This document shows positions 43,745 through 53,867 of a stretch of 64,000 nt of DNA, one piece after another (the stretch's first letter is position 1; each line of letters opens with the position of its first letter). Both the position numbers and the translations under genes were made by a program. This DNA is from Nitrospirota bacterium (GTDB taxonomy: Bacteria > Nitrospirota > UBA9217). Where the stretch lies: the NCBI GenBank assembly GCA_963737155.1, contig CAVTRN010000002.1:2880001-2944000 (forward strand), read 5' to 3'. Under the pieces are notes generated by a model. The model saw only the letters and a list, made by a program, of their open reading frames with translations, was not told the origin of the DNA and made no database searches.

Positions 43745-43940
43745 AGCATGCACCACCTGTTGGCCGGTGTTGGATGGCACGGCAAACTCTATGACTGCGA
43801 TTTTAACCAAGTACGAGATATGATGGTGAGCAGGTAAGATACCAAGATTCGGGAGTTCGATCTCGTCGCCCTCTACACTGTACCATTTATGCTGCTGGTT
43901 GACTGATGGCAAGTTCGCAGACGAGCGGGATACTGGAAAC
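43745..43940 (+). pseudogene. arsS: C-terminal remnant of arsenosugar radical SAM ArsS
   Basis: VGWHGKLYDCDFNQ...*DTKIREFDLVAL, then degenerate HC...AG; the YDCDFNQ motif is characteristic of ArsS (DUF3641 region) and sits next to its usual AhpD-like partner. Confidence 0.7.
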
Positions 43941-44281
43941 AGCAGGACGGCTCAGTTCTGATGCCCAAGGTGAGAGAGGAAAAGATGTAAGCACGCTTTG
44001 ATCAAACTATTCCATGTCACCTACTTCTTTAAACTGGGCCCAATAGCGCGCACATGGATTATTTTCATAAGGAGCATTTCCTCGTGGCACGATTAATCGG
44101 CACATGCGTGGAGATTACCATATCGTTGGATATCGAAGACATGTGATAATGTAGTGTCGAGCGCAGGCCGCGGTCACGGTCTCGCATGAGTAGCACAGAA
44201 TATGTTAAACGCTGGAGGGTAACATCTTCCAGGGTCACCAAAAATCTAATATCAAGCGGTGCGAACTCATTGGAGGCAAGA

Positions 44282-45001
44282 ATGACTATAAAAGCAATTA
44301 TCAATCTACTAATCGGTTCTACGGCCCAGAAATGCATTTTTTCGTTACTTTGCATTCTGATTTTTGTATCCGTAGCCACCGCGCAGGATTTAGTTTCCCC
44401 CTCTACTCAGAGAGTGAACGTCCCGGAGAATCCGGGCAGGTCTCTCGACCTCGGTACTAGCCAACTGGGATTCTGGGCAGGATATTCTTCGAGCAATCCG
44501 ACTCTAATCGGCCGCACAACCGACCGCCCGTTATTTGAATACAACGTTAAATATGCGCGCGTGATTAAAACGAGCGATAATTGGGCGCTCAAATACACCG
44601 CCGAAATCATGCCTGTGGTACTTATTAGCCAGCCACATCAGGGTTATGCATTGAACGGAAGTCCTGTGGATCAGCCTGGCAGAAGACAGAAGATTTACGG
44701 TGCTGGTGTTTCTCCAGTTGGATTGCAGATGAACTTCCAACGAGGTAACGTGCTGCAACCTTACGTCAATATAACGGCCGGAGTCCTATACTTTACCGAC
44801 AATGTGCCTGTAGCAGATTCATCAAATTTTAATTTCACCTTTGGCTTTGGCGCGGGAGTCGAGATCTGGTGTCTAGAGAACCAGTCGGTTGTCCTTGGCT
44901 ATAAGTACCAGCATATCTCCAACGGATACACCGCACCTCAGAACCCTGGCGTGGACTCGAATTTATTTTACATAGGATATGCATGGAGTTGGAGCCGTTA
45001 A
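44282..45001 (+). CDS. PagL-like lipid A deacylase / acyloxyacyl hydrolase beta-barrel
   Basis: Signal peptide, FNF...FGAG, YQHISNG....NPGVD motif; start uncertain (44186 or 44282). Confidence 0.8.
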   Translation: MTIKAIINLLIGSTAQKCIFSLLCILIFVSVATAQDLVSPSTQRVNVPENPGRSLDLGTSQLGFWAGYSSSNPTLIGRTTDRPLFEYNVKYARVIKTSDNWALKYTAEIMPVVLISQPHQGYALNGSPVDQPGRRQKIYGAGVSPVGLQMNFQRGNVLQPYVNITAGVLYFTDNVPVADSSNFNFTFGFGAGVEIWCLENQSVVLGYKYQHISNGYTAPQNPGVDSNLFYIGYAWSWSR

Positions 45002-45146
45002 GATAGCGTGCCGCTCTTTATACGAGACATTTGTTTTGGTGGAGCTGTGCAGGCGATGGCGTTTACGGAACGGGCTTCGCTATAAATCGATTAAGTTACT
45101 GTATAATTTTCCTGGAGCACATTTGTTTGCATCTTTCTTAGTCAAG

Positions 45147-45186
45147 CAATACCCTGCAGCATGCTGCGGGGAATAGCAAATTCAAT
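45147..45186 (+). repeat. Isolated right-end hairpin of the miniature element (copy E)
   Basis: CAATACCCTGCAGCATGCTGCGGGGAATAGCAAATT. Confidence 0.7.
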
Positions 45187-45630
45187 TTTAAGATAAGACA
45201 CACAAATATAAGTGTAACCAGAAATCATTAATCGGCCGCGTGAGAGTAATATATTGGCATAACAAAGATTGTTCCAAATCTATGCACCCGGCTATCGGAG
45301 CTTCATGCTATGGATTTATTCATCGAGGAGGTGTGTCATCAATTTTTTTTCAACTCTTCCTCTGTTTATTAAAGCCTTACCCAAATGACGGCTTGTTGTG
45401 TCATGATTACACCTTGTCAGTTAAGATAAAGGCGCTCAGGTATCATCATCGTGTCACCATATGATTTATTTGATGACACGAGGTCTGATCCAAGGATCCG
45501 ATGTCTCGTCAATCGCCTGTTGCGAGACTGTTCATTCAATTCATCTGCGAGGATCCTATCATACTTTCTTCTGGCAAGTGATTGTGACGTGAATCACAGT
45601 CAGGAAATCTGTTACCTATTATTATAATAT

Positions 45631-45883
45631 GTATTCTCCGCTGATTTGTGGATGTTTTTAGATAGCGAAACCATATTTGTTCTTTTATTACGCATGGTTA
45701 CTAGATTTTATCCTGTTAAATTGTCTATAAATGTTACTGTCCGATAAATCGCCTAAGTTGTAAGCAACACTGAATGAAGACAGCAATGGAAAATATACCA
45801 TCTAAATCAGCATAATAGCTATGACGCTGTGCAAGATTTACCTTAAAAGCTGACTTTTCATCCACATATTCAGCACAGCAGCC
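45631..45883. mobile_element. Uninterrupted, diverged copy of the MITE at 20706-22085
   Basis: CTCCGCTGATTTGTGGAT...GTTGTAAGCAAC..TGAAT.AAGACAGCAATGG...ATCCACATATTCAGCACAGCAGCC; degenerate 8-bp flanks TATAATAT/CATAATAA. Confidence 0.8.
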
Positions 45884-45988
45884 CATAATAAATGGGTGAA
45901 TAGAAATAGGCAGACAGGTTCAGCAGCTGTTGCCTAATCCGATCATGATTCATGCTGTAACGAGAAAACCAGAAGGGCATACAAAGCG

Positions 45989-46510
45989 ATGATAACTAGA
46001 AGAAACTTCATAAAGATTGTAACGCTCTTCACCCTGTCCGGATACAGCGGGAAGGTCTTCGGACTCGATAAAAAGGAAAGAGTTCTTAATCTTTATAATA
46101 TTCATACCAGCGAAAGACTTAATGTAAAATATTATTCATCGGGTAGCTATGACTCCGATGCCATGAATGAGATAAACTACCTTATGCGGGATCATTATAC
46201 CAATGAGGTAAAACCCATCGACGTCAAAGTTGTCGACCTCCTCTGTGACATAAAAGATGTTATCGGGAAAAACAAGGAGCTGCTTATCATTTCCGGATAC
46301 CGCTCGCATAAATATAACGAATATCTGAAGAAGATTGGGAGGCACGTGGCATGTAACAGTCTTCACATCCAAGGCCGCGCAATTGATTTCCGCCTCCCCC
46401 GTGTCGACAACCAAATGCTGGCTACCCTTGCTAAGTCTTTTTATGCGGGCGGTGTTGGAACATACCCGGAATTCGTCCATATCGATGATGGAAGGGTGCG
46501 ATACTGGTAA
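45989..46510 (+). CDS. YcbK/DUF882 (MepK-like) M15 peptidase
   Basis: Tat motif TRRNF, ISGYRS, SLH..GRAID, FVHIDDG.VRYW. Confidence 0.9.
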   Translation: MITRRNFIKIVTLFTLSGYSGKVFGLDKKERVLNLYNIHTSERLNVKYYSSGSYDSDAMNEINYLMRDHYTNEVKPIDVKVVDLLCDIKDVIGKNKELLIISGYRSHKYNEYLKKIGRHVACNSLHIQGRAIDFRLPRVDNQMLATLAKSFYAGGVGTYPEFVHIDDGRVRYW

Positions 46511-46653
46511 TGTCTGCAATCGTAATCAGACGGAATTCATTGTTTCAATCTGAGTTATGTTTTTTCAGAATACGATGCAGACCTCTTTCCGGGAATACAC
46601 TCTGGCTCTCGGCCTATGGTCGATAATCAGATCTTTGGGACCATTTATCACAT

Positions 46654-46845
46654 CGTTCTTTTTGCGGATTAATTCCGGTAGTGGCGGGACTGATCTTCTC
46701 GACCGTGTATCTTCGATATCATTACGTTATCGATGTCATCGCGGGAATCGCCTTGACGATTTTGACCGTTTATCTGGCACCTATACTGTTCGAGGCACTC
46801 TCACGCATTGCCCGGAAGGGCGGCCAAGTCCAGCAGTCCCGTTGA
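46654..46845 (+). pseudogene. C-terminal remnant of a PAP2/Aur1-like phosphotransferase
   Basis: Manual translation GLIPVVAGLIFSTVYLRYHYVIDVIAGIAL...*; in-frame stop at 46624 upstream, so no N-terminus. Confidence 0.72.
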
Positions 46846-46884
46846 TGCATTCGGCATGCATGTCTCCGTTGATGCGGATAAACG

Positions 46885-47997
46885 TCAAATGCCCTTCTCA
46901 TAGATCCGGTACTTCTTGTACAGCTTCCCACCCATGAGTTCACAGCCTTTGCGCATCGGGGCATTGTCCTCCAGAACCCAGGACATCTCAGCGCGCTCAT
47001 AGCCCCTGCGCATCGCCGCTTTGAACGACTCAAGATAGAGCAGCCCCTCGATGCCTTTTTTCCGAAACTCTTCTTTGACGCCTAAGGTGAGCACGCGAAT
47101 ATCTGATATCTTCCTCGAATACCAGAGAAATTTGACGAGTTCGAGGGGGCCGAGCCTGCCGTTGATCCTGCTCATGACCTGGTTGTAGTCGGGCACAGCC
47201 ATGAAAAATCCCGCGGGCCTGTCGTCCACCTCGGCCATGATGAGCAGCTCCGGCACGATGAGCGGCTTCAACCGTTTCGCCATGGAATCTATTTCCTCAT
47301 TCGTCATGGGTACGAAACCCCAGTTGTGGCCCCACGCGGAATTATAAATGTCCTTTACCGCTTCCAACTCTTTGCGAAAATTCTTCATGTTGGCCGGACG
47401 CACAACAAGCCCGGGGACGCGCTCTTTGACGGCTGATGCCAGCTTTTCAAGCCTCGGCGCTGCAGAGACGTCTTTGATGATGGATAGGTAGGCAAAGAGA
47501 TCTTTGGCCTTGACTAGACCGCAGCGATCCATGTAGTCGAGATAATAGGCGGGCGTATAGGTCATCATGATCATGGGGGGGGAATCGAACCCCTCAAGAA
47601 GGAACCCGCACTCGTCGTTCGTAGACGGGTTCATGGGCCCCCGCATGATCGAAATATCCCGCTTCTTGAGCCATCCCGAAGCTGCGTCGATAAGCTCCTG
47701 CGCGACCGCAACGTCGGGCAGGCATTCGAAGTAGCCGAAAAATCCGGCCTGTTCATTGTGAATGTTGATGTGGTTGCGGTCGATGATCGCCGCGATCCGG
47801 CCAACCGCTTCTCCGTTCTTGCGCGCAAGAAAATAGGCGGCTTCGGCGTGTCGAAAAAAGGGGTTCTTCTCGCTCAAGACAAATTTTACATCGCTCACGA
47901 GCGGCGGAACCCACTGGCGGTTTCCCGGGTACACTTTCCACGGGAACCGGATGAATTCGTTCATACCGACCGCACCGTTGACCTGTTCGATGCTCAC
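46885..47997 (-). CDS. GNAT-fold N-acyltransferase, probable bacterial ceramide synthase
   Basis: F..FPW.VY...WVPPL...NPFF, GRIAA, GFFGYFE, WGFVP, SWVLEDN; directly downstream of spt with GGAGG RBS. Confidence 0.78.
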   Translation of the reverse strand: MSIEQVNGAVGMNEFIRFPWKVYPGNRQWVPPLVSDVKFVLSEKNPFFRHAEAAYFLARKNGEAVGRIAAIIDRNHINIHNEQAGFFGYFECLPDVAVAQELIDAASGWLKKRDISIMRGPMNPSTNDECGFLLEGFDSPPMIMMTYTPAYYLDYMDRCGLVKAKDLFAYLSIIKDVSAAPRLEKLASAVKERVPGLVVRPANMKNFRKELEAVKDIYNSAWGHNWGFVPMTNEEIDSMAKRLKPLIVPELLIMAEVDDRPAGFFMAVPDYNQVMSRINGRLGPLELVKFLWYSRKISDIRVLTLGVKEEFRKKGIEGLLYLESFKAAMRRGYERAEMSWVLEDNAPMRKGCELMGGKLYKKYRIYEKGI

Positions 47998-48014
47998 AAG
48001 CTCCTCCTTGCCGA

Positions 48015-49271
48015 CTACGAGATCACGCCAAGCTTTTTCCCGGCTTTCTCGATTACGCCGAGCACCCGGTCGAGCATTTCGTCGGTGTGGGTCGCCATGA
48101 AGCTCGTGCGGATAAGGCAGCGGCCCGACAGCGTGGCCGGCGGGACCACGGGGTTCACGAACACCCCCTCGTCATACAGGGTCTTCCACATCATGAACGT
48201 TCGCTCCATCTCACCAATGACGAGTGGAACGATCGGCGTCTCGGCGACACCCGTGTCGTAGCCCATCTGTTTGAACGCCTGCATCATCTTACGCGTGGTT
48301 TGCCACAACCGCTCCCTTCGTTCGGGTTCCTGGTCAATGATATCCAGCGCTGCGATGACCGCCGCCACCGAGGCCGGTGGAGGACTTGCGGAGAAAATAA
48401 GCGGACGGGACGTGTGTTTTATGTAATGGATCACATCCTTGTCGGCCGCAACGAAGCCGCCGATGGACGCCATGGATTTACTGTAGGTGCCCATGATCAA
48501 GTCCACTTCCTTCTCGAGGCCGAAATGTTCGGCTGTCCCGCGGCCGGTGCCCCCCAGAACGCCGACGCCGTGGGCGTCGTCCACCATGAGCCGCGCCCCG
48601 TATTTCTTGCAGACCTTGACGATATCAGGAAGCGGCGCGATGTCCCCTTCCATGCTGTACACGCCGTCCACGACCACGAGTTTGCCGCGATTCCCGATTT
48701 CCTTGAGAACATATTCAAGGCTGTCCATATCGTTGTGCTTGAACTTTTTGACCTCGGCGAAGGACAGCCTGCACGCATCGATGATGCTCGCGTGGTCGAG
48801 TTTGTCGATCACAACCACGTCATCCTTGCCCGCGAGGGATGCTATGATCCCGAGGTTGGTTTGATATCCTGTGGGGAAAGCAAGCGCCGCGTCCTTGCGA
48901 AAGAAAGACGCCAGCTTATCCTCGAGTTTCACATGGATATCGAGGGTCCCGTTCAGGAATCGCGAACCCGCACAGCCGCTGCCGTATTTCTTCACTGCTT
49001 CAATGGCCGCTTCCTTCACCTTCGGATGGTTGGTAAGCCCGAGATAATTGTTCGACCCAAGCATGATCATCTTCCTGCCCTCGACGATCACCTCGGGGCT
49101 CTGCTCCGATTCCACGACATGGAAATATGGATAAAATCCGGCGGCCATAACTTCTTTCGCGGCCGTAAACTTCCAGCATTTTTCGAACAAATCCGGCGTC
49201 TTTGCCCCCTCAGCCCCAAGCGGAACCGGTTCCCCTACTACAGCCATTGCTTTTTTCTGTACCATTGCCAT
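48015..49271 (-). CDS. spt: Alpha-oxoamine synthase, probable serine palmitoyltransferase
   Basis: YPYF...ESEQ..EV...G....M.GSNNYLGLT, GSGCAGSRFLNGTLDIH, DDAHG, MGTYSKS: Spt-type rather than BioF/Kbl. Confidence 0.8.
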   Translation of the reverse strand: MAMVQKKAMAVVGEPVPLGAEGAKTPDLFEKCWKFTAAKEVMAAGFYPYFHVVESEQSPEVIVEGRKMIMLGSNNYLGLTNHPKVKEAAIEAVKKYGSGCAGSRFLNGTLDIHVKLEDKLASFFRKDAALAFPTGYQTNLGIIASLAGKDDVVVIDKLDHASIIDACRLSFAEVKKFKHNDMDSLEYVLKEIGNRGKLVVVDGVYSMEGDIAPLPDIVKVCKKYGARLMVDDAHGVGVLGGTGRGTAEHFGLEKEVDLIMGTYSKSMASIGGFVAADKDVIHYIKHTSRPLIFSASPPPASVAAVIAALDIIDQEPERRERLWQTTRKMMQAFKQMGYDTGVAETPIVPLVIGEMERTFMMWKTLYDEGVFVNPVVPPATLSGRCLIRTSFMATHTDEMLDRVLGVIEKAGKKLGVIS

Positions 49272-49627
49272 GTGCGTTCCAGCCTTTCTGCAGCGAATAC
49301 TCCGCCCGGAAGCGAAGGTCATTCTCAATCTTACCAACATCGCAAAGCCAATATCTCTGAGTGGCTTTCCGCACTTTAGCCCCTAGTTATCAATATCAGG
49401 CCGTAACTGGTAGAATCAGTATTTGCTTATAAATACTTTAAGAAATCTCGCCCGTTAGGATTTAATCTCATCCCTGACCGATTTAAGATATTCCTTGCCG
49501 TACTCCTAGCTTTTATGCTGTCTATTGGAACTTATACATGTTGTGTAGTCAGTGTTTTACTCAAATAAAGTGTGCGTCGAGGAGCTCATTTTCATCGTCG
49601 CTTCCCCCCCGAGCATTGAGATCCTTG

Positions 49628-50140
49628 TCAGAGCATCTTTTGCATCCATACAACATCAAATATTTGTTTGTTCTTTTTGCCAATCTTCTGGAAACGCCCA
49701 CATTCAACAAAGCCGCTTTTTTTGTGAAAGTTAATACTAATGTCGTTCAAAGATGATATGTTGGCCAATAGAACTGAAATGTCTTTTGCTTTTGCCTGTT
49801 GAATGAGGTGTGCAAGCATTAGGCCGCCTATTCCCTTGTTTATGCATTCCGCTTTTACAAAATACGCAATCTCAGATGTCGCAGAAAATGCTGGGATGGG
49901 GCAGTAGGGTCGCAGGAGTCCAAACCCGACGACACTGCCCGTCTCGTCCTTTGCGACCACGGTAGGATACCCATCGCTCATTTTCTGAAGTATATCGAAA
50001 GCTTCATAAGGCAATTTTGTTTCAAGATATAATGCAAAACCATTATCGATATAGTGATTGAAAATATCAACTACAGGCTTGCAGAATTCTCTCGTCATAG
50101 GTTCAAGTTGAATATCCACTTCATCCTCTTTTTTCAGCAA
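49628..50140 (-). CDS. GNAT acetyltransferase (phosphinothricin acetyltransferase-like)
   Basis: IFNHYI, KGIGG, SINFH...GF..CG, DVVWMQK. Confidence 0.82.
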   Translation of the reverse strand: MLKKEDEVDIQLEPMTREFCKPVVDIFNHYIDNGFALYLETKLPYEAFDILQKMSDGYPTVVAKDETGSVVGFGLLRPYCPIPAFSATSEIAYFVKAECINKGIGGLMLAHLIQQAKAKDISVLLANISSLNDISINFHKKSGFVECGRFQKIGKKNKQIFDVVWMQKML

Positions 50141-50746
50141 ACCCTAATACGTTCTCGAGGCGCAAGCCACGATAAGTCCCTCTGATTTTAATAGTCTTCT
50201 GTTCAAGTGCCATGTCATAAAATATTATTAATGCTTTCAATAATAACGAATGGCGGGTCAAAGAGTTCTGTCACCCAACGCGTCAAAGTAAATACCCATG
50301 TGCTAACGCCATGGTCTTCTGATTCGCTTTTGTAACGATAAAGAGCCCAGCAACATCACAGATGATAACCTTTCTTTCAGCTTGGATCTTAAATAATCTG
50401 CTACTTTCATTTGATTATCTTTATGTTTATCGCCACATAGTTTACTGTCCAAACAACAGTATTTATGTCACTCATCTACTGTCTTCTTAGCGGATAGGAA
50501 TAGTTCGTTAAGAATATAACAATCTAAGCTATCACAAGGACTTCTATGAAAAAAGATTCACGACTTTTTGGAGATTCCGCAATAGTCATACTGCATTAAT
50601 ATCCCATATTATATACCATTTTTTTATTTGTTCAATATTATATTTACACTTACCTGCCGTCGTGTTGTTTATTGATTTTTTAAAGAGGCGTGCCGTTATC
50701 ATCGTAAAGGTTCAGCATTTCATCGCCCTTTTCTCGCCGGCGAAGA

Positions 50747-50882
50747 AAATGAACCTCCCCGCAGCAAGCTGCGGGGTATCTATAAAAAGGAAGACGATTA
50801 TCTTTTGAGAAACCTGCGGTTTCTCAAACTCTTCCCTCTATCCGGTGACCTTGTAGCAAGCTACGGGGAATTGCAAGTTAAT
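50747..50882 (+). repeat. Hairpin miniature element, copy C (best conserved)
   Basis: CCCCGCAGCAAGCTGCGGGG, TTTGAGAAACCTGCGGTTTCTCAAA and CCTTGTAGCAAGCTACGGGG hairpins. Confidence 0.9.
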
Positions 50883-51460
50883 TTGTCCATCGAGCGCGGC
50901 CTTTACGCGCTTAACTTCCACTTTATCGCCCGAAGCAATTACTTATACCTGAGCGCATCGATCATTTTGGGGAGTGATGCTTTCTATGACCGTCGCACTG
51001 TATTTTAAGTGTCCTCTTGAACCATTCTCGTTCGCTGGTATACTCACAGAATCAGCAGTGCAATAATTACACGTGCACATTGAATTAGTTATTCCTCTTT
51101 TAAAGATTTTCGTAACCGACTTGTTTCATGATCGCACAATCGATCTATTGCGGAAAGCCATGTATCTGGTGAGACTGCGGACCTCGCTCAACGTCAACCT
51201 TCAGAACATTATCAGCCGAAATAATGGTTCCAATCTCAAGACTGGAGATGTAAAAAACTGTGCTAGAATTTGGGTGCCACCTACTGCGCCAGATTTATTT
51301 CTTCAAACATCAGAGAATAGTCTCTCTTGGTATCAAAAGCCAACATGCTGGTGGCAAATTAGCTCGATACTGTGCGTTCAATAGCATCACGCTATAGAGT
51401 AAGTACGACGGTGAATCCTTGTTATTTCGCTTTTTCCCCTAGTTTTTTCGACAGTGATAC

Positions 51461-51844
51461 TCAATGAGCACAACCCCCATCGCCGCCGCTGTGGCCGGCG
51501 CAGCACTCTTGGACCCTTAGCACGGGAAGGCTTTTAGTATGAAACAGTGAGAGATTTTCTCGTATTGTCGACCCCTGTGAGCGATATACCGTGATTCCCA
51601 TTTGATTCAGCCTTGTGAGCGCTCCCGCTCCGATGCCGCCAACAACTATCGCACCAACTTTTTGGTTTTCAAGCGCCTTCATCGGGTTGCATGCGCCATG
51701 CATGTGGTGCTGGTCCCGATTGCCGATTGACGCAACACTATTTGTGTCCGTATCGAAAACGACAAATACCGGCGCTGAGCCAAAGTGGTTGTACACGGTG
51801 CTCTCGATCCCATTATCATTCTGAACCGGAAAACAGATCTTCAT
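51461..51844 (-). CDS. NifB/NifX-family Fe-Mo cofactor-binding protein
   Basis: HFGSAP.F, GGIGAGA, Cys/His-rich tail. Confidence 0.88.
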   Translation of the reverse strand: MKICFPVQNDNGIESTVYNHFGSAPVFVVFDTDTNSVASIGNRDQHHMHGACNPMKALENQKVGAIVVGGIGAGALTRLNQMGITVYRSQGSTIRENLSLFHTKSLPVLRVQECCAGHSGGDGGCAH

Positions 51845-51878
51845 GTGATGTTCCTCATATGCATTATATATACGACGA

Positions 51879-52154
51879 TTATTGAAATACGATAGCCTGA
51901 CCTTTGCTCAGGGCTTTCGCGACCTTTTTTCTCGCGACAGTAAGTATTCTTTGAATAGTTCCTCGCGAGACACCCATCTTGGTGCCGGCCTCCGCTTGAG
52001 TAAGGTCATCAAGATCACAGAGTTTTAAAGCCTCAAGCTCTTCCCGCAAGAGAGGGATTTGCTCGGTCCCGGCCATCGGAATGCCTGTGGGTTTAAAGGC
52101 TTCGCCTTTAAACTTACATTTGCAGTTTCGCGGCTTTTTACACCTCGGCGACAT
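51879..52154 (-). CDS. DUF134 HTH DNA-binding protein
   Basis: PR.KK.R, FKP.GIP, EELEALKL.D...LTQ.EA...MGVSR.T..RIL..AR.KVA.AL. Confidence 0.88.
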   Translation of the reverse strand: MSPRCKKPRNCKCKFKGEAFKPTGIPMAGTEQIPLLREELEALKLCDLDDLTQAEAGTKMGVSRGTIQRILTVARKKVAKALSKGQAIVFQ

Positions 52155-52172
52155 GTTTACCCCTTCTCGTTT

Positions 52173-52217
52173 TGTGCATATGCTCATGAAGATATCAGGT
52201 GCCGATGATAATGTCAA
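52173..52217 (-). promoter_or_regulatory. Promoter plus palindromic operator upstream of DUF134
   Basis: TTGACA-17 bp-TATCTT followed by TGAGCATATGCACA. Confidence 0.55.
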
Positions 52218-52989
52218 GTGACTTTTAGAAGCCTTTCACTTTTGTTCGGAAAAACGCGGAAATATAATATCGTTTTAATCTGCCGAGAGGGGGTCGACCA
52301 TGTGGTGCTGCGCTCATATAGCAAAAAATACCTTAATACGGCGAAAGGTGTAAACAAATAGCTAGATGCAAGCACCCATGCAATTTAATCTACTCATTCA
52401 TGGGCGAAGCCCTTGCGGCCATGACCGGGACTGAGCGTGGTTTATTGCTGCAATCCGGAGCGGACCTATTACTCGATGATAAATATTAAGATTGAATGGC
52501 CGACGACAACCTCACCCTTATCTCTGACCTTGTACCCCTCGGGCAGAGGATGTTTCCATAGTTAAACGCATCATGTCAATGACCGAATCGACCTAACTTC
52601 GGTTGTCCATCCTGCCGTAGACATAGCTCACGAGCTGTAGCTCCTTAGGCAATGGTAAATAAATCAATGGCAGCATAAACATTAACGTGAAAATTTCAGT
52701 TCTTGTCACGGGTGATTTTTTTGACTCGACAGGGAGCCTTCAAATGGGTGAGCATCGGAGCTTATTAGTATAGGCGAGCCTAAATGCAGGTTTTCTCCGC
52801 AATTGCTTTTTTTTGCTGTAGCCCGATATAAATCGATTTCGACGAAGGACTCCTCCAAGAAGGTTGCGGATATGACCTAGTCACTTGCAGATCATTGCCT
52901 CTTACTAAACTTGACATCCTGAATGAGGGACTCTCGGCGATCTCTGCATGTCAGATCCCTTTTGCGCTAGTTGCGGCATGGCCCTTACA

Positions 52990-53675
52990 TCAATGTGCAG
53001 ATGAGGTTTCTCCGGACTCGCCGGAAATGACATATACATCGATATCGTCGCTACCCTGCACAATTTCATTCAGAGGCGAACTGAAGAGCTTGTCCTTCCA
53101 GCGGGAATGGGGCGGCTTGCCGATAATTATCATGCTCACGTTGCGGCTGCGAGCATAGGTGAGGATTTCCTCGCTCACATGTTTACCTGTCAATGTCACG
53201 ATCTCGGCACCCAAGCTTTTCGCGAGCTGCATATGATCATTTAGCTGCTTCAGATCGCTTTCCGACGGTTGCACTCGTGAGGGAGCCTCTACGTGCACGG
53301 CGATCCATTCGGCGCGCAGTCCGACCGCCATCCTCTGCGCTACATGGATCAGGCGCATCGAGCGGGGATTCAATCCCACACAAACGAGTATCCATTCCCC
53401 TGCTGGCCAGATTGTTTGGATGCCCTTATCTCGCCGGTAGACCTGCATCTGCTCATCGACACGGTCAGCAGTGCGGCGCAAAGCAAGCTCCCGTAGCGCA
53501 ATCAAGTTCCCTTTACGGAAATATTTCTCGCTGGCGGTAGCTGCCTCTACGGGCATAAATACCTTCCCCTCCTTCAGACGCTTCAGCAGCTCATCGTGCG
53601 GCAAATCTATAAGCTCAATTTCGTCCGCCCTGTCCAGGAAAAAATCGGGGACGGTCTCATGGACGTTGACTCCTA
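52990..53675 (-). pseudogene. kdpD: KdpD sensor kinase fragment (end of KdpD domain plus USP domain)
   Basis: ETVPD...ADEIELID....LL.RL.EGK, F..GNL.ALRELALR..AD; lacks N-terminus, TM and kinase domains. Confidence 0.85.
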
Positions 53676-53732
53676 CTAATGGATTATTGTGAGATCGAGA
53701 AGGCTGCGATATAATTTTCTTAGAGGAATGAG

Positions 53733-53862
53733 GAACCTCTCCGCAGCAATCTGCAGGGTATCTATAAAAAGGTAGACGATATCTTATGAGAAACCTGCGG
53801 CTTCTCAAATTCTTCCATCTATGCGGTGACCCTGTAGCATGCTACAGGGAATCACAAGTTAA
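53733..53862 (+). repeat. Hairpin miniature element, copy D
   Basis: Same three-hairpin layout as copies B and C. Confidence 0.85.
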
Positions 53863-53867
53863 AACTA

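Noticed and set aside
48087-49379. Long antisense ORFs (430 aa opposite spt; also 56699..57667, 11600..12259 and 6308..7012)
   Set aside because: Shadow frames of GC-rich genes with no motifs
50805-51008. ORFs 50805..51008 (+) and 32848..33081 (-)
   Set aside because: They derive largely from the hairpin repeat element and have no recognisable protein features
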